A stretch of DNA of 64,000 bases from a virus. Taxonomy: Duplodnaviria; Caudoviricetes. The stretch lies in the IMG/VR virus record IMGVR_UViG_3300033120_000865, positions 1-64,000 of that record; one strand, given 5' to 3'. Every line of letters starts with the position of its first letter. Position 1 is the first letter of the stretch. Below are positions 1-10,675 of the stretch, piece after piece. Both the position numbers and the translations under genes were made by a program. The notes beneath the pieces are model-generated. The model made no database searches. It saw only the letters and a program-made list of their open reading frames with translations, and was not told where the DNA came from.

Positions 1-2
1 TT

Positions 3-407
3 TTCATGTACATGACCATGTATATTATACTTAACTCTATAATCTAATTCACTTGTATGAATAGGATAATGAGTTAGAAATGCACTTTTACCAGATATTT
101 TATCTTTAAATTTAGCCATTCCACATACAGAATTTACATATTTAAGTAATTCTGTAATGTGTTGTGGTTCATCATGATTTCCTAGAATCACTTTTTTTAA
201 ACCATTTAATCTATTTAGTAATGGATAAAATTTTGTTTTTTCCATAGTTATATCTCCAAGAATATAGGTAACATCTCTTTTACCTACTACTTTATTCCAT
301 TCTGATATAATATGTTCATTCATTTCATCTGCATTACTAAATCCTCTTTTTATAGCCATATTTTCATGACCAAAATGAGGGTCTGAGTAAAATCTAACTA
401 CACTCAT
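3..407 (-). CDS. calcineurin-like metallophosphoesterase (partial, runs off window start)
   Basis: Not in ORF track; manual translation from ATG at 407: MSVVRFYSDPHFGH...YILGDI...ILGNHD...LTHYP...IHGHVH, the five metallophosphoesterase motifs. Confidence 0.85.
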   Translation of the reverse strand, partial: MSVVRFYSDPHFGHENMAIKRGFSNADEMNEHIISEWNKVVGKRDVTYILGDITMEKTKFYPLLNRLNGLKKVILGNHDEPQHITELLKYVNSVCGMAKFKDKISGKSAFLTHYPIHTSELDYRVKYNIHGHVHE

Positions 408-612
408 CTTTTTTATTTTTAGGATAGTTTAAATAATTAAATCTTCTCATATCAGTTACAGATTTTTCTTTTCCACATAAACCACATTCTCCCTTGTGAG
501 CTGTTACAACTCCACCAATGGCTTTTTGTTTATCAGTTAAGAATTCTATACCACAATCAAAACAGATATTGTCAGAAGTTCTGTCATTTATTTGTTTTAA
601 AGTAAATTTCAT
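394..612 (-). CDS. small putative zinc-binding protein
   Basis: CxxC...CxxC (CFDC, CGLC); fits the tightly packed operon. Confidence 0.55.
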   Translation of the reverse strand: MKFTLKQINDRTSDNICFDCGIEFLTDKQKAIGGVVTAHKGECGLCGKEKSVTDMRRFNYLNYPKNKKDECS

Positions 613-1361
613 TATTTTGCTATTTGAAAACCAAAATAACCACCAATTAAAAAACTAGCAGGAATTAAAATTTTAGTTAATACATTTTTATTTTCTCCTT
701 TAGATACTTGTTTTTTAAGATTTTCAATATTAGTTTCAGCTGAAGCATTCAAATCTTTTTCTTTTTGAACATTTTCTTCTGCTGAAATTAATTTAGTTTC
801 AGTATCTTTTTTATCTTTCTCTAAATTAGTAATCATTGATTGTTGATTATCAATGATTTTATCTTTTAAAGGTAGAACTTCTTTAACTCTATCTCCTTCT
901 TCAAGTTCATAACTAACATCATAGGCAGTAAATTCAGCTAGTCCAACTTTATCTTCTACTACTTTATTTTCTTTAGTTTTGTATCTTTCATTGAAGTATT
1001 TAGTTAATCCAACTACATCTTTAGGTACTTTTATTTCTTTTTTGATAATATTATCAATCTTTGAGGTGATTTTTTTGTTGTCTGCAACAATTTTCTTATT
1101 TTCAGATTCCCTTCTTTTGATTTCACTATTAAGAGAATCTCTCTCTCTTTTTCTGGTTTCTTCAAATACTTTAACACCATCTTTTTGTTTTTTATAATCT
1201 TTCTCTAGTATATTATACTCACCTTTTAAAGTATTGTATTTTTTACTATTACAAGTTAATAAACATGAAAAGAAAATACCAAAACATATTAAAATAACTA
1301 TATAACCTCTTTTTAATTTTTTTACATCTTCTTTGAAGATTAATTTTTCTTGTTCTGTCAT
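612..1361 (-). CDS. membrane-anchored coiled-coil protein, candidate spanin
   Basis: N-terminal hydrophobic segment ending LLTC, long coiled coil, C-terminal TM segment. Confidence 0.5.
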   Translation of the reverse strand: MTEQEKLIFKEDVKKLKRGYIVILICFGIFFSCLLTCNSKKYNTLKGEYNILEKDYKKQKDGVKVFEETRKRERDSLNSEIKRRESENKKIVADNKKITSKIDNIIKKEIKVPKDVVGLTKYFNERYKTKENKVVEDKVGLAEFTAYDVSYELEEGDRVKEVLPLKDKIIDNQQSMITNLEKDKKDTETKLISAEENVQKEKDLNASAETNIENLKKQVSKGENKNVLTKILIPASFLIGGYFGFQIAK

Positions 1362-1384
1362 AACTTTAGAGTTTAAAGAGAGGA

Positions 1385-1624
1385 CTAAATGTCCTCTCTA
1401 ATTGAAAATTTATCAATCTGTTCATTAGTAAATGTATCAGAAGAATCTACTACATAACCACCTTTGTCAAGTAATGTAATGATTTTTGAATTGAAATCAA
1501 TTTTAATCTGATTTCCTTTTTTGTTTACATAATACTTTTTTTCAGTATCAGTTTCTTTAAATTGAAAGCCCATCATTGTGATGTAATCTACAAATGCTTT
1601 ATCTGCTTCAAAAAATTTTGCCAT
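1385..1624 (-). CDS. hypothetical protein
   Basis: ORF in operon orientation. Confidence 0.6.
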   Translation of the reverse strand: MAKFFEADKAFVDYITMMGFQFKETDTEKKYYVNKKGNQIKIDFNSKIITLLDKGGYVVDSSDTFTNEQIDKFSIREDI

Positions 1625-1636
1625 AATATCTTATAT

Positions 1637-2080
1637 TTATAAGATTAATAATAATTTAGAAAACTGTCTTTTTTCTTCAACAATAGGTTGAAATCTTGGT
1701 ATTTTTATCTTATTATACTTTTCAATAGAAGAGTTATCAGCTAAAGTAAATACAAATCTATCTTTTCCAAATTTTGATACTTTGTAATTTATCTCAACAT
1801 CTTGATAATAATACCATTGAAGTACTTGGTCAATTGCATGATAATTTGGTTGATGTCCAAGACCAGCATAGTGGTCAATTAATGTTACATCCCTATTTTC
1901 TTCAATTGATAATTCAATAAGCATCCTTATAATAAGAAAACTTCTTCCTGTTCTTCTATTTTCATATTCAGAAAATAGCATCTTCATTTGAGAAGCAAAA
2001 ATCATATCATCAGAAAATCTATAATTAGATTGTACTTTAGCCAATTGTTCTTTTAATTTATCTATTGGAAAAGGATTCAT
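1637..2080 (-). CDS. hypothetical protein (C-terminus KLLLIL)
   Basis: ORF in operon orientation. Confidence 0.6.
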   Translation of the reverse strand: MNPFPIDKLKEQLAKVQSNYRFSDDMIFASQMKMLFSEYENRRTGRSFLIIRMLIELSIEENRDVTLIDHYAGLGHQPNYHAIDQVLQWYYYQDVEINYKVSKFGKDRFVFTLADNSSIEKYNKIKIPRFQPIVEEKRQFSKLLLIL

Positions 2081-2085
2081 GATAA

Positions 2086-2598
2086 TTAATTTTTAGTTGT
2101 ACTGCCATATCCACCAGCACCTCTATCTGTAATAGAGATTTCTTCAGTACTTTCAATAACTAATTTTGGTGCAAATGAAGGAACTAATTGTGCAATTTTT
2201 TCACCTTTAGTAACTTTGTTTAAGAAAGGTGTAGAATTATACATAATAACTCCTACTTCACCTCTATAATCAGAATCAATTGTACCAGGAGAATTAGCAA
2301 CTAATAAACCTCTTTTAAGTGAAACTCCACTTCTACTTCTAACCTGTAATTCAAAACCTTGTGCAAGTTCAGCAACAGTTAAACCAGTTCCAAAAAGGAT
2401 TCTTTCAAAAGGTCTTAATTTAATATAACCTCTTTCACTAAATCCTTGTTTCATTTTTTCTAGTTTTTCACCAATAATTTCTGCATCACCTTTAAAGGCT
2501 TTAATAATTGAATTTGCAGTAATATCCATTCCTGCTGAACCTTCTGTTTCATATTTTGGTAAATTAATACCTTCTTCTAATTTGAATCTTACTATCAT
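2086..2598 (-). CDS. dut: trimeric dUTPase
   Basis: Motifs AGMDI, RSRSG, GTIDSDYRGE, IAQLV, RGAGGYGST. Confidence 0.97.
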   Translation of the reverse strand: MIVRFKLEEGINLPKYETEGSAGMDITANSIIKAFKGDAEIIGEKLEKMKQGFSERGYIKLRPFERILFGTGLTVAELAQGFELQVRSRSGVSLKRGLLVANSPGTIDSDYRGEVGVIMYNSTPFLNKVTKGEKIAQLVPSFAPKLVIESTEEISITDRGAGGYGSTTKN

Positions 2599-2659
2599 TT
2601 CTTTTTTGTTTTTATGTATAGACTATAAATCCAACATTGTGTACCTAAGTAACTATACA

Positions 2660-4858
2660 TTATTTAAACTCAATTTCACAAGCACCTCCTGAGCAACTAG
2701 CTCCAGATAATTCATCAGCTTGTAGATATTTCTCAGTATAATTTATTTTACTAAAATCTACTGGTTTATTCTTCAACACTCTGTTAATTTTTACCCATTT
2801 ATGATATAAATGAATATCTTTTAAACAATCAATTGCTTTTGTTGCATTACCTTTAAAGTAATTTTTAGCAAATTTCTTAATTCTTGCAATAATATCTTTC
2901 TTTACCATTACAGTGATTCTATCTCCAGTCAACTTGAAATCTCTGTCAGTAACAGCAGAACAAGCATCCCATAAATCATCACCAAAACAATGTAAAGCAT
3001 CAACTATTAAACCAGAAGCAAATACTGTAGCATTTCCATATTTAGAAATTAATTCTTCTAAAGTTAAAACTTCTACAAATGGAGATTGTTTGTAAACTTT
3101 ATCTCCTGAATCAGCTAAGAAAGAAAGACCACAAAAGTACTCTTTATTTTCAAATATATAATCAAAAGTTTTATCCCAATCTTTTACAGAAACTGTATTA
3201 CTTACATTATGAGTAATTGTATTACTATAACCTAAATGTTTATTAGTTCCTTCTAATACCCAATGTTTATATACAGTTTGTACTGCTTCTAAAAATTGAA
3301 TTTCATCAACTTGAGATTTTACAACAGTTTCTTTTGTTTCTTCCATAGGAATAAAACATGCATAATCTGTTTGAGTAGGACTCCATACTCCTTGTTCTAA
3401 TAATTCAGGATAATTTTCATTAAGATACTTAGCCATAGGTGTATCTTTATTCAATTGTACAGTTCTGAAATAATTATGAGCATGAGCAGGATGAATTCCT
3501 GAAGCTGTTTTAGCTAATACTGATGCATTACCTGAAGGTTTTACACAAGTAGTTCTTGCTGATTGACTAATTCCAATTAATTCTGCAATTAATTTATTAG
3601 TTTCTTTAACAATTCTTGCTCCTTCTTCAAGGATTTCAGGATTCAATAAAATATGAGGATTGTTCATAATACCTGTAATAGATACTCCTAACAAAGCTTC
3701 CCATCTTACTAATTCTTCAGTTTCAGGACCTAAGAAAGAAAAGTCTGTATAACTAGCTTGAAAAGTTCCTATAATTGCTGCATTTTTACATGCTGCAAAG
3801 AATCTTTCTCTTGTATCACATTTAGAACCAATAATTTCATTAAGGTTACAGAATGACCAACAAGATTTTTTAGTTCTTGGATTTCTTGGTATAAAGCCAA
3901 TTTCAACACAAGGATTGCACATCATGTCAATATCATCTACCAATAATACTCCTGGTTCACCAAATTGTTTAATATACTCTTTATAAGAATCTAGTTCTTC
4001 TTTAGTTAAAGAGCCTTTAAGAATTTTAGCTGAGTTATTAGCTCTAGCTCTCCAAGGTGTATCAATAAACCAATTACCTGTTTTACAAGCTAACATTAAT
4101 GTATCATCTTTATCAAATAAAGAAATTAATGCACTTCTTCTTACTCCACCAGATAATACAGCATCAGATATGATACATATAATATCATGACAATCTAAAG
4201 AAGTTAGTTTAGTATTACCACTAACTACTTTTTTAACTAATAGACTATTTAATAAGTCTAAAGCTTTATTTAATCCTTCAGGTCCTGGAGCTAAAAATTC
4301 TCCAGCAATAAGAGTTCCTCTTTCTCTAATTTGAGAGTAATCAAAAAGGATTTTATTACTTTCATTAAAATAAGATTGCATTAAAGCATCAATAGCTAAT
4401 GCCCATCCTTCTATACTATCTTCAATAATATGAACAACAGGATTACTATCATTTCTTTTTTTAATTTCAGGTAATTGACTAATAAATCTATTTTCTACAG
4501 AAAAACCTACACCAGCTCCACATAATAGAACCCACATAATTTCCTTAAATACTTCTGGTCTATCTACATAAGTAACAGAACAGTTATATAATTTAGTATT
4601 ATGTTTTAATATACTTTTTTCTCTAAATTGAAGATTTCTTTGTGAAGCTAAAATTTCCTGATTTACATAAGCTTGTTGGGCACTATCAAAATAAGGTTTT
4701 ATTTCATTCCAATTTGGTAAAACAGAAAATTTATTATAATGCATAGACATTACATCTTCACATGCTTCTTTCCATGTTTCTAATCTACCTTCTTCTTTCT
4801 TATACTTTGCATAAGATTCATTAAATTTCAAATTTGAAATTAAATCTTTTCCAATCAT
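2660..4858 (-). CDS. nrdJ: class II (adenosylcobalamin-dependent) ribonucleotide reductase
   Basis: GGVRRSALI, NPCVEI catalytic motif, TCVKPSG, C-terminal CSGGAC; no small-subunit gene nearby. Confidence 0.9.
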   Translation of the reverse strand: MIGKDLISNLKFNESYAKYKKEEGRLETWKEACEDVMSMHYNKFSVLPNWNEIKPYFDSAQQAYVNQEILASQRNLQFREKSILKHNTKLYNCSVTYVDRPEVFKEIMWVLLCGAGVGFSVENRFISQLPEIKKRNDSNPVVHIIEDSIEGWALAIDALMQSYFNESNKILFDYSQIRERGTLIAGEFLAPGPEGLNKALDLLNSLLVKKVVSGNTKLTSLDCHDIICIISDAVLSGGVRRSALISLFDKDDTLMLACKTGNWFIDTPWRARANNSAKILKGSLTKEELDSYKEYIKQFGEPGVLLVDDIDMMCNPCVEIGFIPRNPRTKKSCWSFCNLNEIIGSKCDTRERFFAACKNAAIIGTFQASYTDFSFLGPETEELVRWEALLGVSITGIMNNPHILLNPEILEEGARIVKETNKLIAELIGISQSARTTCVKPSGNASVLAKTASGIHPAHAHNYFRTVQLNKDTPMAKYLNENYPELLEQGVWSPTQTDYACFIPMEETKETVVKSQVDEIQFLEAVQTVYKHWVLEGTNKHLGYSNTITHNVSNTVSVKDWDKTFDYIFENKEYFCGLSFLADSGDKVYKQSPFVEVLTLEELISKYGNATVFASGLIVDALHCFGDDLWDACSAVTDRDFKLTGDRITVMVKKDIIARIKKFAKNYFKGNATKAIDCLKDIHLYHKWVKINRVLKNKPVDFSKINYTEKYLQADELSGASCSGGACEIEFK

Positions 4859-4916
4859 TTTTATTAAATTAATAGTTTTAGAAAACTCAATTTTGTACCC
4901 TTAAAATTAAGGGTCA

Positions 4917-4924
4917 CAAAAGTA
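4917..4924 (-). promoter_or_regulatory. Bacteroidota-type -7 promoter box upstream of nrdJ
   Basis: TACTTTTG (TAnnTTTG) on minus strand, overlapping a hairpin at 4892-4921. Confidence 0.45.
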
Positions 4925-4936
4925 ATACAAAACTAT

Positions 4937-6016
4937 TTATAAATTGATTTTATTATCAACTAAATATCTATATGGAATAAATCCTTTTAAATTATAGCAC
5001 CAACCATATCCTTTTTCTTGTTCCTCTGTATCAGCAACAATTAAATGATTATAAGCTCTATCAATTGTATTATCTGATGCTTGAACATGACCTTTATAAA
5101 AAGTATAAAATTCTTCATCATCCATAGCTCTAGCACAATGTTCAAATGGTGATGAGTGAGGAGGTTGTTGAGAAATTAATCTATCATGTAAACCTATTAA
5201 AGTCTCTAAATTAATTACTTTTTCTTCTCCAACTATAGTATAAGAAGTTCTAGCTCCCATTGCAGTTGAAATTTTAACCTTACTAGGAATACCTCTAAAA
5301 GTCATAGTTTCAGGTATCTTATCCCAAATATCAGCTTTACTAACTTTGTCTTCAAAAGGAATATGCCACTCTCCAGCTTTTAATTGTTTAGGAGTAGATT
5401 CATTCTTAGCATCCCAAATAGCTTCAGCTAAAGCCATCATATGAATTTCAGCTTGACCTTTATTAAGTTGTAACCATTCTACATCAGATAAACTATTAGC
5501 AAATCTAATATCTTTCCTTACATCTTTTTTAGATTTATATACTTTATTTTCTAAGGCAGGTATTTGATACTGAGGACATCTTAACCTAAAGAAATTCTCC
5601 CAACCTTCTTTACTACCTGTAATAAGCATAGTAGTCCACATAAATGGTTCAAGTAATCTATTAGCAAGCTGTTTAGTAATTCCTGCATCAGTGACTCTCT
5701 GAGCACTTAAAATTGCATAGTTCATTGCATCTTTCCACTCTCTATTAGCTACTCTTAAATCTAACATATCAGTAATATATTCATTACCCTGCATTCCCTT
5801 ATGCTCTTTTTGAAAAGCTATTGGAATAAATGGATTTTGTTTGATAGAATTTAACATTTTTTCAAATGGAATAGCTCTTGATGATGAAGTATTTTTACTT
5901 AACATTCTATGTGTATTTACTTCAGCCAAGACAATTCTTGGAAAAGTTGCTAGTACAGAAACTAGCTCATCTCCTTGTGGACTTAATGAATGCCCAACTA
6001 TTTCTGCTTTTATCAT
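4937..6016 (-). CDS. thyX: FAD-dependent thymidylate synthase (ThyX-like)
   Basis: EVNTHRMLSKNTSSSRAIP (RHR-x-S-like motif), KQLANRLLEP, NFFRLR, HSSPFEH. Confidence 0.85.
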   Translation of the reverse strand: MIKAEIVGHSLSPQGDELVSVLATFPRIVLAEVNTHRMLSKNTSSSRAIPFEKMLNSIKQNPFIPIAFQKEHKGMQGNEYITDMLDLRVANREWKDAMNYAILSAQRVTDAGITKQLANRLLEPFMWTTMLITGSKEGWENFFRLRCPQYQIPALENKVYKSKKDVRKDIRFANSLSDVEWLQLNKGQAEIHMMALAEAIWDAKNESTPKQLKAGEWHIPFEDKVSKADIWDKIPETMTFRGIPSKVKISTAMGARTSYTIVGEEKVINLETLIGLHDRLISQQPPHSSPFEHCARAMDDEEFYTFYKGHVQASDNTIDRAYNHLIVADTEEQEKGYGWCYNLKGFIPYRYLVDNKINL

Positions 6017-6518
6017 TTTCTTAATTTTAGTTCATTTTCAAAATACTCAATATACTTTGGACTAATAATATTATCACTTGCAAGTATAGCTTTAATGTGG
6101 TCAATTCCCATATTTTTAATTAAGATAAAATTAGAGTTTGTGGTAATAAATTCATATCTTTATCATAATTTTGACCCCAGAAATAAATATCTCTTGGTTC
6201 TAATAAATTACAATCTACCATTACTTTTTCATCTTCAATATAAAGCCATGAACCAGGATAATTAGGTAGTATTCCACTATTTATTAAAACTTGACTTAAT
6301 CTTAAATCAGGATAAAAGTACCATATTGTTAAAAATTCTTCAAAGTTTTCAATCCACTTTCTTACATGAAAATCATTATCATTAGATGGTTCATGTAATT
6401 TTAATTGAGCACCTTGTTCTGGTTTAAAATAATAATCAAGTATTATTTTTTTATTAGAATCATCTTTTAATAATTCTAAAATTATTTTTATTCTTTCAGG
6501 TCTCCTCATGATTATCAA
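6013..6518 (-). pseudogene. hypothetical gene broken by an apparent 2-nt (CT) duplication near 6133-6136
   Basis: Called ORF stops at 6120; removing one CT restores ...PQT-NFILIKNMGIDHIKAILAS...ELKLRK, ending in a TGA that overlaps the thyX ATG. Confidence 0.6.
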
Positions 6519-6876
6519 TTTTTACTTGAATAATATCATATACCTCTTTCCAAGTTGGTGGTAATCCCATTAAACATTTATCATCAATATAAACATCAGC
6601 AGATAATTTTCTACTGTCTGCTTTAAAGAATTCTACTGCTGATGGTATATTACAATTAATATAGTGATATTTAATACCTTTTGTCTTCAGAAAATGTTCT
6701 GCATGTCCTTCAAATGTACCTGTTCTGCAAGTATTAATAAGTATATTACACCCTTGTTCATACAACCTATTAATATATTTATCAGCTTCTGGTCTCATTC
6801 TTCCTAATCCAGGATATGCTTCTTCTACAATAGTCCCATCAAAATCAATAGCTATTGTTAATGGTCTTTTTTTCAT
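6496..6876 (-). CDS. HAD-superfamily hydrolase
   Basis: IAIDFDGTIV, TCR, K...DVYIDDK. Confidence 0.85.
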   Translation of the reverse strand: MKKRPLTIAIDFDGTIVEEAYPGLGRMRPEADKYINRLYEQGCNILINTCRTGTFEGHAEHFLKTKGIKYHYINCNIPSAVEFFKADSRKLSADVYIDDKCLMGLPPTWKEVYDIIQVKIDNHEET

Positions 6877-6878
6877 AT

Positions 6879-7073
6879 TTATTCTTTTTCAAATTTATCA
6901 ATCCATTTTTTCAATGGAAGTATTACATTTTTACCAGGATGAACAGAATATAAGTTACCTGATTTAATATGGATTACTTTTACAGTACTTTTTCTACTAT
7001 TATTTGTAATATTAAATCTTGTATCTTTTTCTAATTCTTTCATCAACTTATTATAGTCTTTATCATAATGCAT
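6879..7073 (-). CDS. hypothetical protein
   Basis: ORF in operon. Confidence 0.55.
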   Translation of the reverse strand: MHYDKDYNKLMKELEKDTRFNITNNSRKSTVKVIHIKSGNLYSVHPGKNVILPLKKWIDKFEKE

Positions 7074-7075
7074 AA

Positions 7076-8545
7076 TTAAATATTTAAATAATACAATTCA
7101 TTTTTTGCTCTTGTTCTTGCTACATACTTAAGATTCTGCTCTTGCTTTAATTGTTCTACACTTTTAGCAAATTTTGATGGTATTAAATTTTCATTTAATA
7201 TATATACTATATCTGACTCTAAGCCTTTAGACTTATGTATAGTACATAACATAACTGCATTTTTTTTATCTATAAATAAAGATTTAACTTTATTTAATAA
7301 AGAATCAACAGTCTCATATTGTGTAGATAGATGTTGTGCAAGTTTTTTATATTTATCAAAATCTTCTTTAAAATAATAAAGTTTAATTTTTCCAGCATCA
7401 GATTTATCTTCTTCTAAATCATCTAATTTATATAACATCTCTGTTTTAGCTGATTCAGTAATATGATTACCATAAGGTTTGAGAAATCTAACTATACCAG
7501 TTAAAATATCTTCTCCTTTTATATAAGCACTTTTTCCTGAACCTAATAATTCAAAATATAAATCAATTAAAGGTTTTGAATTTCTACAAATAACCATTGA
7601 GTTTTCTTTTATCTCATTAGTATTATATACAGTAGCTACAACTCCTTTACTTTTCTTATGATATTCCATTACATTATAAACTTCATTAGCTTTATCAATT
7701 ATCTTAGTAGAACATCTATAACAAATATCTAAAGGTAATTCAATAACATTACCTTGCTCTAAAAATAAATCAAATGATGATGAATAAGCACCAGAAAAAC
7801 CATAAATAGCTTGATTTCTATCTCCAACAGCAATCCACTTTTTAACATCTCCTTGTTTGATAAGATTATCAATCAATTTATGTTGAGATAGATTTAAATC
7901 TTGACATTCATCTACCATTAAATAAACAGGGTCAATAGGTATTATTAAATTCTTAATTACAGGTAGATAAATCATATCATTAAAATCAATTTCAACAACA
8001 TATTCTTCATAAGAATTATTTCTTAATTTAAGAAATTCTTCCCATAAATAAATAAGTTGGTCATTAATAATTAATACTTTATCCATACTTTCAAAATGAA
8101 TTTCAATTTCATTAATATCATCAGTTAAAAATAATCTTGATATATCATTCATATCCATAAGATTATAACTTAATTTAAGTTTTTCTTCCCAAGGTATTTT
8201 TCTGAATATAGATTTCTCATTATCTTGTAGTTTCTTAATTAAATCAAAATTCTTACCATTATTAATTTTCCATCTTTGATAAAATTGTCTAATAGCTAGT
8301 AAACCAAGACTATGTAATGTCATAGCTTTACCTTGCTTTAATTCTTTTAAATTAATTTTAGATTGAATTTCCTCTTGGATTGATTTATTAAATGCTAAAA
8401 ATAATGTTTTATACTTACATAATTCTAATAGCTGAAGCAAAGTAGTAGTTTTACCACTACCTGCAACAGCATTAATTAAAATATTTTTATCTGTATGTTC
8501 CCAAGTATCAAAAATTTCTATTTGTTTATCACTAGCATCAAACAT
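7076..8545 (-). CDS. UvrD/Rep-like SF1 helicase
   Basis: AVAGSGKT, VDECQD, VGDRNQAIYGF, YRC, TIHKSKGLE, YVARTRAK. Confidence 0.93.
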   Translation of the reverse strand: MFDASDKQIEIFDTWEHTDKNILINAVAGSGKTTTLLQLLELCKYKTLFLAFNKSIQEEIQSKINLKELKQGKAMTLHSLGLLAIRQFYQRWKINNGKNFDLIKKLQDNEKSIFRKIPWEEKLKLSYNLMDMNDISRLFLTDDINEIEIHFESMDKVLIINDQLIYLWEEFLKLRNNSYEEYVVEIDFNDMIYLPVIKNLIIPIDPVYLMVDECQDLNLSQHKLIDNLIKQGDVKKWIAVGDRNQAIYGFSGAYSSSFDLFLEQGNVIELPLDICYRCSTKIIDKANEVYNVMEYHKKSKGVVATVYNTNEIKENSMVICRNSKPLIDLYFELLGSGKSAYIKGEDILTGIVRFLKPYGNHITESAKTEMLYKLDDLEEDKSDAGKIKLYYFKEDFDKYKKLAQHLSTQYETVDSLLNKVKSLFIDKKNAVMLCTIHKSKGLESDIVYILNENLIPSKFAKSVEQLKQEQNLKYVARTRAKNELYYLNI

Positions 8546-8909
8546 ATTCTACTATATCTTTAAATATATCAATATCCACTCTATCATCCATACTAGGTTT
8601 ATTTTCCATCATCCATGAAAGAAATAAAGCATTACATTGAATATGACCTATATGAGAAAGTTTTGATTCATCATCAACATTTTCTCCTTCCATAAATTTA
8701 TCTAAATGTCTTTTTAAACTTTCACAAATCTCTATAACAGATAATCCTTTCATCCAATTATAAGGAGCATATTTTTCAGCACCAAATTCAAGCACTTGTA
8801 CCATAGGTAGTAATGCTGATTGAGGAACTAATGACCATTTTGGCTTATTTTGATTAAATCTTAATCCTTGATTAGTAAGTTTATTCATACTATTGTTTAA
8901 TTTTTCCAT
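8538..8909 (-). CDS. DUF5664-like dATP/dGTP diphosphohydrolase-family protein
   Basis: KPKWSLVP, VLEFGAEKY, NWMKG, SLKRHL, DDESKLSHIGH pattern. Confidence 0.75.
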   Translation of the reverse strand: MEKLNNSMNKLTNQGLRFNQNKPKWSLVPQSALLPMVQVLEFGAEKYAPYNWMKGLSVIEICESLKRHLDKFMEGENVDDESKLSHIGHIQCNALFLSWMMENKPSMDDRVDIDIFKDIVEYV

Positions 8910-9532
8910 AATTTATCTATTTTTTCATTAAAATATACAGTATCATTCTCTTTTTTGTAATTAAAAATTTCTTCAGTCTTTTTTAAAGGAAGTTCAAGTT
9001 CAGCATTTTTAAAATCTTTTGAATTAACTTCAGATTTAAATTCTAAATTAACTTCTTTTACAAAATCTTCAATTAGTTTAGGATTTCTTGATAATACATC
9101 ATACTCTTTTTTTCTTAAAGTATTGGAAAATAATAATTTTAGCTCTTCATCTAAATACATTAAACTATAATTACCTTGAATAAAATGGTCATAAGCATCA
9201 TTAAATATTTCTGGTACTAGAATTACAATCATATGTTTTCTAGAATTTAGTATTTCAGAGTCAGGACAATAGTTTGTTACATAGCATTCTTGATATTTAA
9301 CCCATTCTAAAAAATCATTAAATTCTTTTGGATTTGTTAATTTATCACACAATATGTAAATATTTCTACCATTAGATATTTTAGAATTATCAACTAAAGT
9401 GTCATATATTCCTACTGCTAATTTGAAAATTGGATTAAACTTTCTTACAAAAATATCTCCATGACCTCTTAAACAAGGTAATAAAAATCTACAAGTTTTA
9501 TTAACATAATACTTTCCAATTTCTATGTGCAT
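8897..9532 (-). CDS. hypothetical protein
   Basis: ORF in operon. Confidence 0.65.
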   Translation of the reverse strand: MHIEIGKYYVNKTCRFLLPCLRGHGDIFVRKFNPIFKLAVGIYDTLVDNSKISNGRNIYILCDKLTNPKEFNDFLEWVKYQECYVTNYCPDSEILNSRKHMIVILVPEIFNDAYDHFIQGNYSLMYLDEELKLLFSNTLRKKEYDVLSRNPKLIEDFVKEVNLEFKSEVNSKDFKNAELELPLKKTEEIFNYKKENDTVYFNEKIDKLWKN

Positions 9533-9535
9533 ATT

Positions 9536-10675
9536 TTATTCTTTTATACCATTCCAATCAATCTTCAAAACTCCATTATTTTTAGTAATAATTTCTTCTT
9601 CTTTCCACTCATTTTCATTTTGGTAATCATAAATATCAAGTAAATCTTCAAAACCTACAGTTCCTCTTATTACTACATATTCTTGACCATCTATAGAAGG
9701 TTTAACTTTTAATTCTTTAATACCAATTTGCCCAATTGTAATTACATTATTATCAAGTTCATACAATAATGGTTGTCCAGGATAAGAATTAGATTCTACT
9801 ATAAAGGTGAATGGTTTTAATATGTCTTTAGTAATTTTACCTTCTAACTCAAATGAAGAATTATTTGATAATAATGCTGTAACATACCAAGAAGCTTGAA
9901 TATCATATCTAAATGATTTTAAACTACTCATAAATTTAAGAGTAGAACCATTCATAGTTTTTAAATCAAAAGGTTGAACACTAATAATATTTCCACTATC
10001 ATCTGTCACTACTACAAGTATATCAAGTAAAGCTTTACAATAAATATCTCTATAGTAAAAATAAATAGGTAGTTGATAGTAAACTGTTATATTTGGAGTT
10101 TTTTCAATCTGTTTTCTATTAAAGAATTTTTCAGTTCTTGAATTAGATTTTAAAGAGAATACAATATCATTAATAAGTTTACTTTCAGTAGCTGTAAGTA
10201 TTTGTTTTCCAAGACTTTTCTTTAAATCTTCAAAATACTCATTTGCTTTCTCTATTAGTCCTTGAGTCCTCTTTTCTCCTGGTTTTCCACCATACCATTC
10301 ATGTTCTATAATTGAGGCTTCTAAAGAACCAGGATAAGCAGATAATTCTAATATTGGTTTTCCATCACTTAGTTTTACTACATCATCAAATACCCAATTA
10401 ATTATACTCATCTCTACATCAGAAGGTTTTTTAATTAATTCAGAAACATGATATTTCTTTTTAAATTCATTTTCTTCTCCAGTTAAAAGCATATCAACTG
10501 CTGACCCAATTATAAAGTGTCCTTTTTCTTCATAAAACATTTTCTTTTCCTCTTCCTTACTTGCAAGATAAGGTCCAATACCACCTAATAACTTTTTTAA
10601 TTGAGATTGACTTTGAGCATCTGAATCAAAATATTTATCAATCTCTAATTGTGGTGTTATTTTAACTATTCCCAT
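9536..10675 (-). CDS. PD-(D/E)XK exonuclease (RecE/DUF3799-like)
   Basis: SQSQLK, GSAVD, CKALLD...DLKT, YDIQASWY. Confidence 0.8.
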   Translation of the reverse strand: MGIVKITPQLEIDKYFDSDAQSQSQLKKLLGGIGPYLASKEEEKKMFYEEKGHFIIGSAVDMLLTGEENEFKKKYHVSELIKKPSDVEMSIINWVFDDVVKLSDGKPILELSAYPGSLEASIIEHEWYGGKPGEKRTQGLIEKANEYFEDLKKSLGKQILTATESKLINDIVFSLKSNSRTEKFFNRKQIEKTPNITVYYQLPIYFYYRDIYCKALLDILVVVTDDSGNIISVQPFDLKTMNGSTLKFMSSLKSFRYDIQASWYVTALLSNNSSFELEGKITKDILKPFTFIVESNSYPGQPLLYELDNNVITIGQIGIKELKVKPSIDGQEYVVIRGTVGFEDLLDIYDYQNENEWKEEEIITKNNGVLKIDWNGIKE

